Assembly: GCA_040081265.1 (NCBI GenBank)
Contig: JBEBGV010000011.1
Location: 11,330 to 75,329 of the forward strand
From: Vicinamibacterales bacterium
Lineage (GTDB): Bacteria; Acidobacteriota; Vicinamibacteria; Vicinamibacterales; UBA2999
Reading direction: 5' to 3'
DNA length: 64,000 bases
The notes under the pieces were generated by a model. The model saw only the letters and a list, made by a program, of their open reading frames with translations, made no database searches and had not been told where the DNA came from. This document shows, in pieces, positions 52,120-61,045 of this stretch. The position numbers were made by a program, and so were the translations under genes. Every line of letters starts with the position of its first letter. Position 1 is the stretch's first letter.

Positions 52120-52845
52120 ATGCACTTGTCTATGAAGGGATTGACTCGAATGAGAGGTTTTGCTGCGGCCGCGCTTGGCCTGTTGTTGTCCGCCCCCGCA
52201 TTCGCCCAGGCGCCAGCTGCGCCTGCCCCGGCGGCCCCTCGTCCGGCAGCCCCCGCGGGCCAGCCGACACCCGCGGCTGCGCCGGCCCCGCCTCCAGCGC
52301 CTGCGCCGTTTCCCGAGGGTGCCAAGTACGCCTTCGTGAACATCCAGCGCATCGCCAACGAGTCGGCCGAAGGCAAGGTCGCCACCGCCCGCATCAACGC
52401 GCTCGTCGTGAGGAAGCAGGCGGAAGGTGCTGAGCGGACCAAACAGCTCCAGGCCGCGCAGCAGAAGCTCGATGCCGGCGGCAGCGTGCTGAACGACAAC
52501 GCGCGCGCGACGCTGCAGAAGGAGATCGATCGGCTGACGGTCGACATTCAACGCTTCAACGAGGACGCGCAGGAAGAAGTGACGGCGCTGCAGAACGAGG
52601 CGCAGGGCGACTTCCAGGCCAAGCTCATCCCGATCATCCAGCTGGTTGCACGCGAGAAGAATCTCTTCGCGGTCTTCAGTGCGGCGGACAGCGGGGTGGT
52701 CTGGGGCGATCCCGGTCTCGATATCAGCGCCGATGTCATCAAACGGTTTGACGCCGCCAACCCGGCTCCGGCCGCCGCGGCACCACGTCCGGCGCCCGCT
52801 GCACCAGCCGCGCCCCGGCCGGCCGCACCAGCAACGCCGCGTTAG
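52120..52845 (+). CDS. skp: OmpH/Skp-family periplasmic chaperone with Pro/Ala-rich extensions at both ends
   Basis: Signal peptide, core YAFVNIQRIANESAEGKVATARINALVVRKQAE...LQKEIDRLTVDIQRFNEDAQEEV...IIQLVAREKNL. Canonical position after bamA. Confidence 0.8.
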   Translation: MHLSMKGLTRMRGFAAAALGLLLSAPAFAQAPAAPAPAAPRPAAPAGQPTPAAAPAPPPAPAPFPEGAKYAFVNIQRIANESAEGKVATARINALVVRKQAEGAERTKQLQAAQQKLDAGGSVLNDNARATLQKEIDRLTVDIQRFNEDAQEEVTALQNEAQGDFQAKLIPIIQLVAREKNLFAVFSAADSGVVWGDPGLDISADVIKRFDAANPAPAAAAPRPAPAAPAAPRPAAPATPR

Positions 52846-52916
52846 CATCACGGAACGGCGTGGCGCCGTTCCGATAGACAGGGGAAGGGCGAGTGCCGTT
52901 CCCCTGCACCGCCTTC

Positions 52917-54164
52917 ATGAATCTTCCGGCTCTCCTCGATCGCATCTCGTACCGCTATCCGTCCAGGCTGATTGACGTCGTCGACGAGCACGAGGTCGGC
53001 GCGCGCATCGTGGCGTTCAAAAACGTCAGCGTCAGCGAGGACTACTTCCAGGGCCACTTCCCCCGCACGCCGCTCATGCCCGCTGTCCTGATGGTGGAGG
53101 CGCTGACGCAGGCTGCTGCCGTGCTGATGCTGGAGCGGTCCGAGCTCCCTCACGCGCGAGTCTGGCTCCGGGGAGTGAACAACGCCAAGTTCCGGAAACA
53201 GGTCGTGCCCGGGGATCGTCTGCGGCTCGAGGTACATCTGGGGCGCTGTCGGTCGCGGCTCGGAAAGGCACAGGCCACGGCCTACATCGACGGCAATGTG
53301 GTGGCCGAGGCCGAGTTGATCCTGGCGGTCGACACCAGTGCGCCACTCATCGACCCCCGTGCGACGGTGCACCCGAATGCCGTAATCGGGGCCGGCACGA
53401 CCATCGGCCCCAACTGCACCATCGGCCCGAACGTGCGCATCGGCCGCGATTGCCGCATTGGCGCTTCTGTGGTCATTGACGGCGTGACGTCCATCGGCGA
53501 CGGGACGCAGATCTTCCCCATGGCCTCCATTGGCCTGGCGCCACAGGACCTGAAGTACAGAGGCGAACCGACGCGTCTGACGATTGGCCAGCGGAACGTC
53601 TTCCGCGAGTTCGTCACGATCAACCGCGGCACCGAGGGTGGCGGCGGAGAGACGCAGATCGGCGACGACAACCTGTTCATGGCGTACGTGCACGTGGCTC
53701 ATGACTGCCATGTTGGCAGCCACACTATTTTCGGGCCACATGCCACGCTCGGCGGGCACGTCGCCGTCGAGGATCACTCCAACATCAGTGCCGGGTCGGC
53801 GGTGCACCAGTTCTGCCGCATCGGGCGGCACGGCTTCGTGGGCGGCTACTCCGTGGTCACCAAGGACGCGCTGCCGTTCGGCCGCACCATCGGAAGCAGG
53901 CCGGCCCGCATCTTCGGGGTCAACACCATCGGACTGGCACGTCGTGGCTTCACGATGGACACGATTACCCAGTTGCGACAGGCGTACCGATATCTGCTCC
54001 AGTCCAAGCTGAATACCAGCCGGGCACTGACCCAGATCGAGCAGGATCCGACGCTTGTGGCACCAGAGGTTCGTTACCTCGTCGACTTCATCCGCAGTTC
54101 AGTCAGGGGCGTCATCCTCAGGCGTCCGACCCGTCGTGCCGAGGAAGTGGTCGCGGACGAGTGA
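52917..54164 (+). CDS. bifunctional fusion: 3-hydroxyacyl-ACP dehydratase FabZ + acyl-ACP--UDP-GlcNAc O-acyltransferase LpxA
   Basis: One frame (opens at GTG 52893; ATG 52917 fits FabZ N-termini). FabZ: YRYPSRLIDVV, YFQGHFPRTPLMPAVLMVEALTQ. Linker DTSAP (~53331-53345). LpxA: IDPRATVHPNAVIGAGTTIGPNCTIGPNVRIG hexapeptide repeats, MAYVHVAHDCHVG, C-terminal helical domain. Confidence 0.85.
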   Translation: MNLPALLDRISYRYPSRLIDVVDEHEVGARIVAFKNVSVSEDYFQGHFPRTPLMPAVLMVEALTQAAAVLMLERSELPHARVWLRGVNNAKFRKQVVPGDRLRLEVHLGRCRSRLGKAQATAYIDGNVVAEAELILAVDTSAPLIDPRATVHPNAVIGAGTTIGPNCTIGPNVRIGRDCRIGASVVIDGVTSIGDGTQIFPMASIGLAPQDLKYRGEPTRLTIGQRNVFREFVTINRGTEGGGGETQIGDDNLFMAYVHVAHDCHVGSHTIFGPHATLGGHVAVEDHSNISAGSAVHQFCRIGRHGFVGGYSVVTKDALPFGRTIGSRPARIFGVNTIGLARRGFTMDTITQLRQAYRYLLQSKLNTSRALTQIEQDPTLVAPEVRYLVDFIRSSVRGVILRRPTRRAEEVVADE

Positions 54165-54986
54165 ATGCGGCTCGGACTCATCGCCGGTAACGGCCGATTT
54201 CCGTTTCTCGTGCTCGATGCCGCCCGCGCCCAGGGCCACGATGTCACCGTCATCGCAGCCAGGGAAGAGACGTTTCCCGAGCTCACTGCCGCGGCCGAAC
54301 GGCACGGCGCAGCCATCCACTGGATCTCTCTGGGTCAACTCGGTACCTGCATCAGCGTGATGAAGGACGCCGGCGTGACGCACGCAGTGATGGCAGGGCA
54401 GGTCAAGCACGCCAAAATCTTTGCCGGCGGGATCGTTCCCGACTGGACGTTCCTCTCGGTGCTGACGAAGTTGACCAGCCGGAACACCGACGGCCTGATC
54501 GGCGCCGTCGCCGAGGTCCTGCGGGACAAGGGAATCGAGCTCATCGATTCGACGTCACTCCTGCAGCCCCTCCTGGCGAAAGAGGGCGTGCTGACCAGGC
54601 GGGCGCCAACTGAGGACGAACAGAAGAACTTCGACTTCGGCTATCGAATGGCTGACGCCATCGCCGGTCTGGACATCGGGCAGACGGTGGTCGTGAAGGA
54701 CCAGGCTGTCGTGGCAGTTGAAGCGATGGAAGGCACCGATGCCGTGATCGCGCGGGCGGGGCAGCTTGCCGGTCAGGGCGCCTGTGTCATCAAGGTGGCT
54801 AAGCCGAACCAGGACATGCGCTTCGACGTGCCGGTCATTGGCGTGGCCACGGTGGACGCCATGTGCGCGGCCGGCGCCTCGGCACTCTCCGTCGATGCTG
54901 GGCGTGCCCTCGTGCTCGACGGCGACGCAGTCTTCGCTGCCGCGGACAAGGCGGGCATCACCATCGTCGGACGGGCACGCGCGTGA
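54165..54986 (+). CDS. lpxI: UDP-2,3-diacylglucosamine diphosphatase LpxI (DUF1009 family)
   Basis: [58 protein letters not shown]: LpxI-type motifs in a lipid A gene context. Confidence 0.8.
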   Translation: MRLGLIAGNGRFPFLVLDAARAQGHDVTVIAAREETFPELTAAAERHGAAIHWISLGQLGTCISVMKDAGVTHAVMAGQVKHAKIFAGGIVPDWTFLSVLTKLTSRNTDGLIGAVAEVLRDKGIELIDSTSLLQPLLAKEGVLTRRAPTEDEQKNFDFGYRMADAIAGLDIGQTVVVKDQAVVAVEAMEGTDAVIARAGQLAGQGACVIKVAKPNQDMRFDVPVIGVATVDAMCAAGASALSVDAGRALVLDGDAVFAAADKAGITIVGRARA

Positions 54987-55912
54987 TGAAGACGCGCCTC
55001 GGGGTCGTGGGCGTCGGTCACCTCGGGCAGCATCACGCACGCCTGCTTGCGGGGATGGACGATGTCGACCTGGTGGGGGTCGTGGATACCGACAGTGCAC
55101 GCGCGCAACAGATTGCGACGCAGTATGGGACGAAGGTTGTCGACACCGCCGCAGCCCTCCTGACCCAGGTTGACGCGGTGGTGATTGCTTCGCCCACCGT
55201 GACGCATGTGGCCTTGTCCCTGCCATTTGTCGAGGCCGGCGTGGCAGTTCTCGTCGAAAAGCCCATTGCCGAGAGCTTGTCGGCGGTTGATCGACTGCTC
55301 GACGCTGCCGCACAGCGGAACACGCTGGTTGCCTGTGGTCACACTGAGCGGTTCAATCCGGCGGTCGCTGCTGCCGCACCGTTTGTCGTGCATCCGCGTT
55401 TTGTCGAGATTCATCGGCTCGGGACCTTCCCTGAGCGCAGCCTCGATATCGATGTGATTTTCGACCTGATGATCCACGACCTCGACCTCCTGCTGTCGCT
55501 GGTTGGTGAGGAGGTTGTCTCAATTGAAGCGGTTGGCGTCAACGTGCTGACCCCGAAGCTGGACATCGCCAATGTGCGCCTGCGATTCGCTGGAGGGTGC
55601 ATTGCGAACCTGACCGCCAGCCGCATCAGCCGCGAGCGCGTGCGGAAGGTGCGGTTCTTCCAGCCGCAGGCCTACGTCTCGGTAGATTTCGCCGCGCAGG
55701 AGGCCGAGGTCTATCGTCTGGTGGTGAAGGATGGACGTCCGACCATCGAGGGCGGCAAGCTCGACGTGCCACGTGAGGAGCCGCTGCTCGCCGAGTTGCG
55801 GGACTTTGTCGCGGCAGTACGCGACGGGCGACCACCGCGCGTCTCCGGACAGGCTGGACGTGCGGCGCTCGACCTGGCGACGCGGGTCGCGCAGGCGGTC
55901 GAGTCGCAGTAG
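54986..55912 (+). CDS. Gfo/Idh/MocA-family NAD-dependent oxidoreductase in the lipid A cluster
   Basis: ATG 54986 overlaps the lpxI stop. Rossmann LGVVGVGHLGQHHARLL, EKP motif (VLVEKPIA). The upstream part of ORF 54863-55912 overlaps lpxI. Confidence 0.8.
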   Translation: MKTRLGVVGVGHLGQHHARLLAGMDDVDLVGVVDTDSARAQQIATQYGTKVVDTAAALLTQVDAVVIASPTVTHVALSLPFVEAGVAVLVEKPIAESLSAVDRLLDAAAQRNTLVACGHTERFNPAVAAAAPFVVHPRFVEIHRLGTFPERSLDIDVIFDLMIHDLDLLLSLVGEEVVSIEAVGVNVLTPKLDIANVRLRFAGGCIANLTASRISRERVRKVRFFQPQAYVSVDFAAQEAEVYRLVVKDGRPTIEGGKLDVPREEPLLAELRDFVAAVRDGRPPRVSGQAGRAALDLATRVAQAVESQ

Positions 55913-55954
55913 GTCGCGTTTCGCTTCTCGTTTCGGGCAGACTATATTGAGGGG

Positions 55955-56872
55955 ATGCCCGCAGACCAAACCCACGGGTCCGTAGCCAGTGAGCAGTGGC
56001 TCGAGCGCGTCAGCGCTGGCGGGTCGCTGTCCCGCGAAGAACTGTCCGCACTGGCGAGCGATCCAGACATCCTGACCATTGGCATGCTGGCCGACACGGT
56101 CCGCCGACGCTTGTGCGGCTCGACGGTTACCTTCCTTCGAGTCGCGTCAGTCGATGTCACGACGTCAGCCACCAACGACGCCCTTCCCGCCACCGCTCAG
56201 GAAGCGCGACTGACTGGCACGGCCGAGAGTCTCGAGCAGGCACTCGCGGCCGTGGCGGCAGTCCGGGTATCGGCCGGGCCGCGCCTGGTGTCCGGGTTTG
56301 CGTGGGCAGACATCGAGCGGTGGGGTGGAACCGCCGGCGGGCGGGCGGCTGCATTGAGGGCGCTGCGATCGGCGGGCCTGGACGCGCTGGCAGAACTGCC
56401 AGTCGAACTCGGCGACGGCTTGCCCGGTGCCTTGTCCGAACTCGCCGGCGAGGGCCTCGGCACACCGCGGCTCACCGTCACCAGGGCTGCACCACAGCAC
56501 GAACGCCTCGAGCAGTTTCTACGGACTGCCCCGTTGCTCGACCGCTACCCGGGGATCGTGGCGATCGCGCCACTTCCGCTGTCGCTGAACGCGCTCAGGC
56601 CATCGACCGGATACGACGATGTGAAGACCGTGGCACTCGCACGCCTGGCGTTGCCGCGCGTCCAGCACGTGCAGCTGGACTGGCTGCGCTACGGCCCCAA
56701 GCTGGCGCAGGTTGCCCTGACCTTCGGCGCCGACGACATCGACAACGTGTCGCCGTCTGAGGAGACCCCCGACGGGCGTCGACGTGGCGTGGTCGAAGAA
56801 CTGAAGAAGAACATCGAGTCGGCGGGCTTCAGTGCAGTCGAGCGTGACGGCCGGTTCGGCGTGTCCGCCTGA
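55955..56872 (+). CDS. MqnC/MqnE (CofH-like) paralog lacking the radical-SAM CxxxCxxC cluster motif
   Basis: Collinear with the 57672-58919 product (e.g. LGMLADTVRRRL vs LGRLADDIRARK; RSAGLDALAE vs VAAGLDSIPG; VKTVALARLALPRVQHVQLDW...LTFGADDID vs LRTLALARIVLDNVDNIQASW...LAYGANDMG). VTFLRVASVDVTTSATNDALPA replaces VNYTNVCVARCNFCAF. Confidence 0.65.
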   Translation: MPADQTHGSVASEQWLERVSAGGSLSREELSALASDPDILTIGMLADTVRRRLCGSTVTFLRVASVDVTTSATNDALPATAQEARLTGTAESLEQALAAVAAVRVSAGPRLVSGFAWADIERWGGTAGGRAAALRALRSAGLDALAELPVELGDGLPGALSELAGEGLGTPRLTVTRAAPQHERLEQFLRTAPLLDRYPGIVAIAPLPLSLNALRPSTGYDDVKTVALARLALPRVQHVQLDWLRYGPKLAQVALTFGADDIDNVSPSEETPDGRRRGVVEELKKNIESAGFSAVERDGRFGVSA

Positions 56873-57663
56873 TGTCGCAACTTCGGCTCGGCGCCGTCAG
56901 CTACCTGAACGCTCGGCCGCTCACCTGGGCGCTCGACCAGGACCTCGGCCGATGGCGGATTCGCTACGATCTTCCGGCCGTGTGTGCGGCGCTGCTTGCC
57001 GGCGGGGACATCGACCTCGGACTCGTGCCGTCGATTGAGTATCTCAAGTCACCGACCTACCGCCTGATTCCCGGCGTCGGGATTGGCTCGCGCGGGCCCG
57101 TGGCTTCGGTTGCGCTCTATTCTCGCGTGCCGCTCGATGAAATCCGCACCATCGGGCTCGACACAAGCTCGCGGACTTCGGTCGCTCTGGTGCGCATCCT
57201 GTGCGCTCGAAGGTGGGCTATTCAACCGGAGTTCGTCACGCATGCCCCCGATCTCGCGGCGATGACGACGAGGTGCGACGCCGGGCTGCTGATTGGAGAC
57301 CCTGCGCTCGAAGCCGATCATGGGGCGCTTGGCCTGGCCAAGTACGATCTGGGCGCGGAGTGGACGGAACTGACCGGGCTGCCGTTTGTCTACGCCGCGT
57401 GGACCGGGCCGGGTTCGTCTCTCACAACCTCCGATATCACTGCGCTGCAGGACGCCCAGCGCAGGGGTGTCGAGGCGTTTGACGCAATCGCCGAGGAATA
57501 TGGTGCCCATGACCAGACCGCGGTGTCTCGAGCTGCGCGGTATCTCAGGGATAATATGCGGTACGGCCTTGGAGAATCCGAGGCGGCTGGTCTGCAATTG
57601 TTTCTCGACTATGCGGCCGATCTTGGTCTGGCGCCCTCACGGCGTACTCTTGAATATTTCTGA
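56872..57663 (+). CDS. mqnA: chorismate dehydratase MqnA (futalosine pathway)
   Basis: LRLGAVSYLNARPL..., GDIDLGLVPSIEY, periplasmic-binding-protein-like fold length (263 aa). ATG overlaps the upstream stop. Confidence 0.8.
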   Translation: MSQLRLGAVSYLNARPLTWALDQDLGRWRIRYDLPAVCAALLAGGDIDLGLVPSIEYLKSPTYRLIPGVGIGSRGPVASVALYSRVPLDEIRTIGLDTSSRTSVALVRILCARRWAIQPEFVTHAPDLAAMTTRCDAGLLIGDPALEADHGALGLAKYDLGAEWTELTGLPFVYAAWTGPGSSLTTSDITALQDAQRRGVEAFDAIAEEYGAHDQTAVSRAARYLRDNMRYGLGESEAAGLQLFLDYAADLGLAPSRRTLEYF

Positions 57664-57671
57664 GCTGAGCA

Positions 57672-58919
57672 ATGGTGACGTCTGACGCGGAGATGGTGGA
57701 ACAGATCGCGCGCAGGGTTGCGCAGGGTGGTCGTGTCACCGCGACTGAAGCGGGACTCTTGTACCGGAGCGCGCCAACGTCGCTGCTCGGCAGGCTCGCC
57801 GACGACATTCGCGCGAGGAAGCATCCTGATCGCGTGGTCACCTACATCATCGACCGCAACGTCAACTATACGAACGTTTGCGTGGCGCGCTGCAACTTCT
57901 GCGCGTTCTACCGACCTGTCGGCTCGTCGGAAGGCTATGTCCTGGGGTTCGACGAAATCTTCAGGAAGATCGACGAGACGATCGCGGTGGGGGGGAATCA
58001 GCTGCTGCTGCAGGGTGGGCACAACCCCGACCTGCCGATAGCCTGGTACGAAGATCTCTTTCGCGCGGTGAAGCAGCGGTACCCGTCATTCAAGCTCCAC
58101 GCCTTGTCGCCGCCCGAAGTCCTCCACATCGCGAAGATCAACCAGCTGCCGGTGCCCACGGTCATCCAGCGTCTCGTCGCCGCTGGCCTCGACAGCATTC
58201 CGGGCGGTGGCGCCGAGATTCTTGTCGACCGCGTGCGCAAGTTGCTCAACTGTTACGGCAAGGCCTCGAGCGACGAGTGGCTGAGCGTGATGCGTGAAGC
58301 CCACCTGGCTGGCCTGCGCACGACCGCGACGATGATGTACGGGACGGTGGAGACTCCGGAAGAACGCATCGAGCACATGATGCGCCTTCGGAATCTGCAG
58401 GACGAGACCGGGGGATTCACCGCGTTCATCACCTGGAGCTATCAGCCCGAGCACACCGAGCGCGGTGGCATCGAGGCGACCGGCCTCGACTACCTGCGGA
58501 CCCTCGCACTCGCGCGCATCGTGCTGGACAACGTCGACAACATCCAGGCATCGTGGGTGACACAAGGCGGGAAGGTCGGGCAACTCAGCCTGGCCTACGG
58601 TGCCAACGACATGGGCAGCGTGATGATCGAAGAGAACGTGGTCCGTGCCGCTGGAGCGAGCTACTGCATGGACGAAGTCGAGATCGTCGTGAACGTGGAG
58701 AATGCCGGGTTCGCGGCGAAGCGTCGCAATATGCACTACGAAGTCCTGGGTGATCCGATCTTCCGCGAACGTGACGTTCCGCGCATGCTGGCGCTGGCGA
58801 CGGCGCGGGAAGACGGGGATACGTCGGTGCCCGAAGAGCTCAAGCAGTACCCTGCGCGCAGCCGGCAGGGCAAGGCGGCACGCGCGACCCTGTCGACTGA
58901 TCAGTCGTCGGGGCAGTGA
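57672..58919 (+). CDS. radical SAM futalosine-pathway enzyme (MqnC cyclic dehypoxanthinyl-futalosine synthase or MqnE aminofutalosine synthase)
   Basis: NVNYTNVCVARCNFCAFYR radical-SAM motif, GGNQLLLQGGHNP, GLDSIPGGGAEIL, TATMMYGTVET, LAYGANDMGSVMIEENV. MqnC and MqnE cannot be separated by eye. Confidence 0.8.
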   Translation: MVTSDAEMVEQIARRVAQGGRVTATEAGLLYRSAPTSLLGRLADDIRARKHPDRVVTYIIDRNVNYTNVCVARCNFCAFYRPVGSSEGYVLGFDEIFRKIDETIAVGGNQLLLQGGHNPDLPIAWYEDLFRAVKQRYPSFKLHALSPPEVLHIAKINQLPVPTVIQRLVAAGLDSIPGGGAEILVDRVRKLLNCYGKASSDEWLSVMREAHLAGLRTTATMMYGTVETPEERIEHMMRLRNLQDETGGFTAFITWSYQPEHTERGGIEATGLDYLRTLALARIVLDNVDNIQASWVTQGGKVGQLSLAYGANDMGSVMIEENVVRAAGASYCMDEVEIVVNVENAGFAAKRRNMHYEVLGDPIFRERDVPRMLALATAREDGDTSVPEELKQYPARSRQGKAARATLSTDQSSGQ

Positions 58920-58983
58920 TGACCTGCAATGCTCGCGATCTGCCCGCAGCGCATCTGCTCGCGGCCCCGTCCTTCTGCTAGCC

Positions 58984-60180
58984 ATGGATCGCTTTCGAGC
59001 CGACTGGGTGCTGCCGGTGGCGGGGCGCCCGATTCACAAGGGCTGGGTCGGTGTCGACGGCGGACGCATCGTCGACGTGGGGGTTGGTCCGGCTGACGCA
59101 GTGGACCTGGGGTCGGTTGCGCTGCTGCCGGGTCTGGTCAACACACACACGCACCTGGAACTCTCGCATCTGCGGGGCCAGATCGCGAAGGCCGGCGCGT
59201 TCACCGACTGGGTGCAGGCGTTGTTGCGGCTCCGCCGACGGCCCGAGGGCTTTCGCTCCGAGGACGTCGAGCGCGGCGTCACCACTGCGCTCGCCGAAGC
59301 CCGACGTTCGGGCACAGTGCTGTTCGGTGACGTGGCCAACAGCCTTGCCACGGTTGCCGCGTTTGAAGCCGCCGGCGCGTCCGCCCGCGTGTTTCTCGAA
59401 CTGATCGGGTTCAACGCGACAGATCCAGCGGGGCGTGTCAGCGACGCGAGGGCAAGCCTCAGTTCCGCGCGTTCGAGTGAGCGCGTACGACTCAGCCTGT
59501 CCGCGCACGCGCCGTATTCGGTGTCCCCAGAGCTGTTCAAGGCTATCCGTGCCGATCTCGACAGCTCTGCGGATCATGTTTCCGCCGTTCACCTGGCCGA
59601 GTCCCCCGAGGAAGTCGAGTTGCTGGCACGGGGAACCGGGCCGTGCCGGGCGCTGCTCCATGACCTTGGTGCGTGGAATCCCGACTGGACGATGCCGGCT
59701 GCGTCACCGGTGGAGTACCTCGACGAGCTTGGCTTTCTCGACACCAGGGTCATCGCCGTGCACGGCGTGCAGTGCACCGGTGAGGATCTGCGGCGGCTCT
59801 CCGCGCTCGGTGTCACCATCGCCTCGTGCCCGCGCAGCAACGAGTACGTCGGCGTGGGCGCTCCTCCTCTCGAGGCGTTCTACGCGATGGACGTGGAAGT
59901 GGCCTTTGGCACCGACAGCCTGGCCAGTGTCGAGACGCTGAGTCTGTTCGACGAGCTGAAGGAAGCGCGTCGGCTGGCACCGAGGGTTGCGGCCGCGACC
60001 TTGCTCCGCAGCGCGACGCTGGTCGGGGCGCGAGCGCTTGGTTTTGGCGATGACTACGGCACCCTCGAACCGGGTCGTCGTGCGGAGATCATCGCGGTGC
60101 GCGTGCCCAGTGGCGTCAGCGATGTGGAAGAATACCTGGTTGGCGGCATTCAGCCCGCCGACGTCTCGTGGCTTCAATGA
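58984..60180 (+). CDS. amidohydrolase-superfamily deaminase (aminodeoxyfutalosine deaminase-like)
   Basis: ATG 58984. LLPGLVNTHTHLELS metal-binding HxH, SAHAPYS, HLAES, AVHGV, FGTDS: cytosine/adenosine-deaminase-type layout, inside the mqn cluster. The N-terminal 94 codons of ORF 58702-60180 are rejected. Confidence 0.7.
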   Translation: MDRFRADWVLPVAGRPIHKGWVGVDGGRIVDVGVGPADAVDLGSVALLPGLVNTHTHLELSHLRGQIAKAGAFTDWVQALLRLRRRPEGFRSEDVERGVTTALAEARRSGTVLFGDVANSLATVAAFEAAGASARVFLELIGFNATDPAGRVSDARASLSSARSSERVRLSLSAHAPYSVSPELFKAIRADLDSSADHVSAVHLAESPEEVELLARGTGPCRALLHDLGAWNPDWTMPAASPVEYLDELGFLDTRVIAVHGVQCTGEDLRRLSALGVTIASCPRSNEYVGVGAPPLEAFYAMDVEVAFGTDSLASVETLSLFDELKEARRLAPRVAAATLLRSATLVGARALGFGDDYGTLEPGRRAEIIAVRVPSGVSDVEEYLVGGIQPADVSWLQ

Positions 60181-61028
60181 ACACGCTCGGCACCTACCTG
60201 TCGTTTGTCCGCTTCAGCCACTCGGTGTTTGCACTGCCGTTTGCGTTGGTCGGCGCCCTGCTCGCATGGCGGACGCAGCCGTTTTCCTGGTTACAGGTGC
60301 TCTGGATCGTGGCGTGCATGGTCAGCGCCCGCAGCGCGGCGATGGGGTTCAATCGCGTCGTTGATGCGCGGTGGGACGGATTGAATCCGCGCACCGCCAT
60401 GCGCGAGATCCCGCGCGGGATCATGAGCCACCGGGAGGGGGCGCTCTTCGTGCTGGTGGCCTCGGCTGCTTTCGTCGGCGCAGCCTCGCAGCTCGGGCCG
60501 ATCACCTTGGCTCTATCGCCGCTCGCCCTGGTCATCGTGTTCTGGTACTCGCTGGCGAAGCGCTACACGTCCTACACCCAGTTGTTCCTGGGTCTGGCAA
60601 TGGCGGTGGCACCTGTGGGCGGATGGCTTGCGGCCGGCGGCGGCCCGGGGCCGGAACCGTGGCTGCTCGGGGTCGCGATTGGCCTGTGGGTTGGCGGGTT
60701 CGACGTGCTGTATGCCTGTCAGGATCTGGACTTCGATCGTGCGCACGGCCTGCGTTCCATTCCTACCAGATTTGGCATCACGGGGGCGATCCGGCTGTCG
60801 CGCCTGATGCACGTCGCAACCGTCATCTGCATGGTGGCGATCGGGCTGGTCGCGGAGCTGCCGACACTGTATTTCGCCGGAGTCGCCGTCGTCACCACGT
60901 TGCTTATCTACGAGCAGTCGCTCGTCAGCGACTCCGATTTGTCGCAGGTCAAGCGCGCCTTCGATCTCAACGGGTATGTCGGGATCATCTATTTTGCGGC
61001 CACGGCGCTCTCGCTCTACCTGGGCTGA
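60177..61028 (+). CDS. UbiA-family aromatic prenyltransferase (MqnP-like polyprenyltransferase)
   Basis: ATG 60177 overlaps the upstream stop (ATGA). SARSAAMGFNRVVDARWD (NxxxD-type) and GGFDVLYACQDLDFD motifs; 8-9 TM helices. Confidence 0.8.
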   Translation: MNTLGTYLSFVRFSHSVFALPFALVGALLAWRTQPFSWLQVLWIVACMVSARSAAMGFNRVVDARWDGLNPRTAMREIPRGIMSHREGALFVLVASAAFVGAASQLGPITLALSPLALVIVFWYSLAKRYTSYTQLFLGLAMAVAPVGGWLAAGGGPGPEPWLLGVAIGLWVGGFDVLYACQDLDFDRAHGLRSIPTRFGITGAIRLSRLMHVATVICMVAIGLVAELPTLYFAGVAVVTTLLIYEQSLVSDSDLSQVKRAFDLNGYVGIIYFAATALSLYLG

Positions 61029-61045
61029 ACCGTCTAACACTCACC

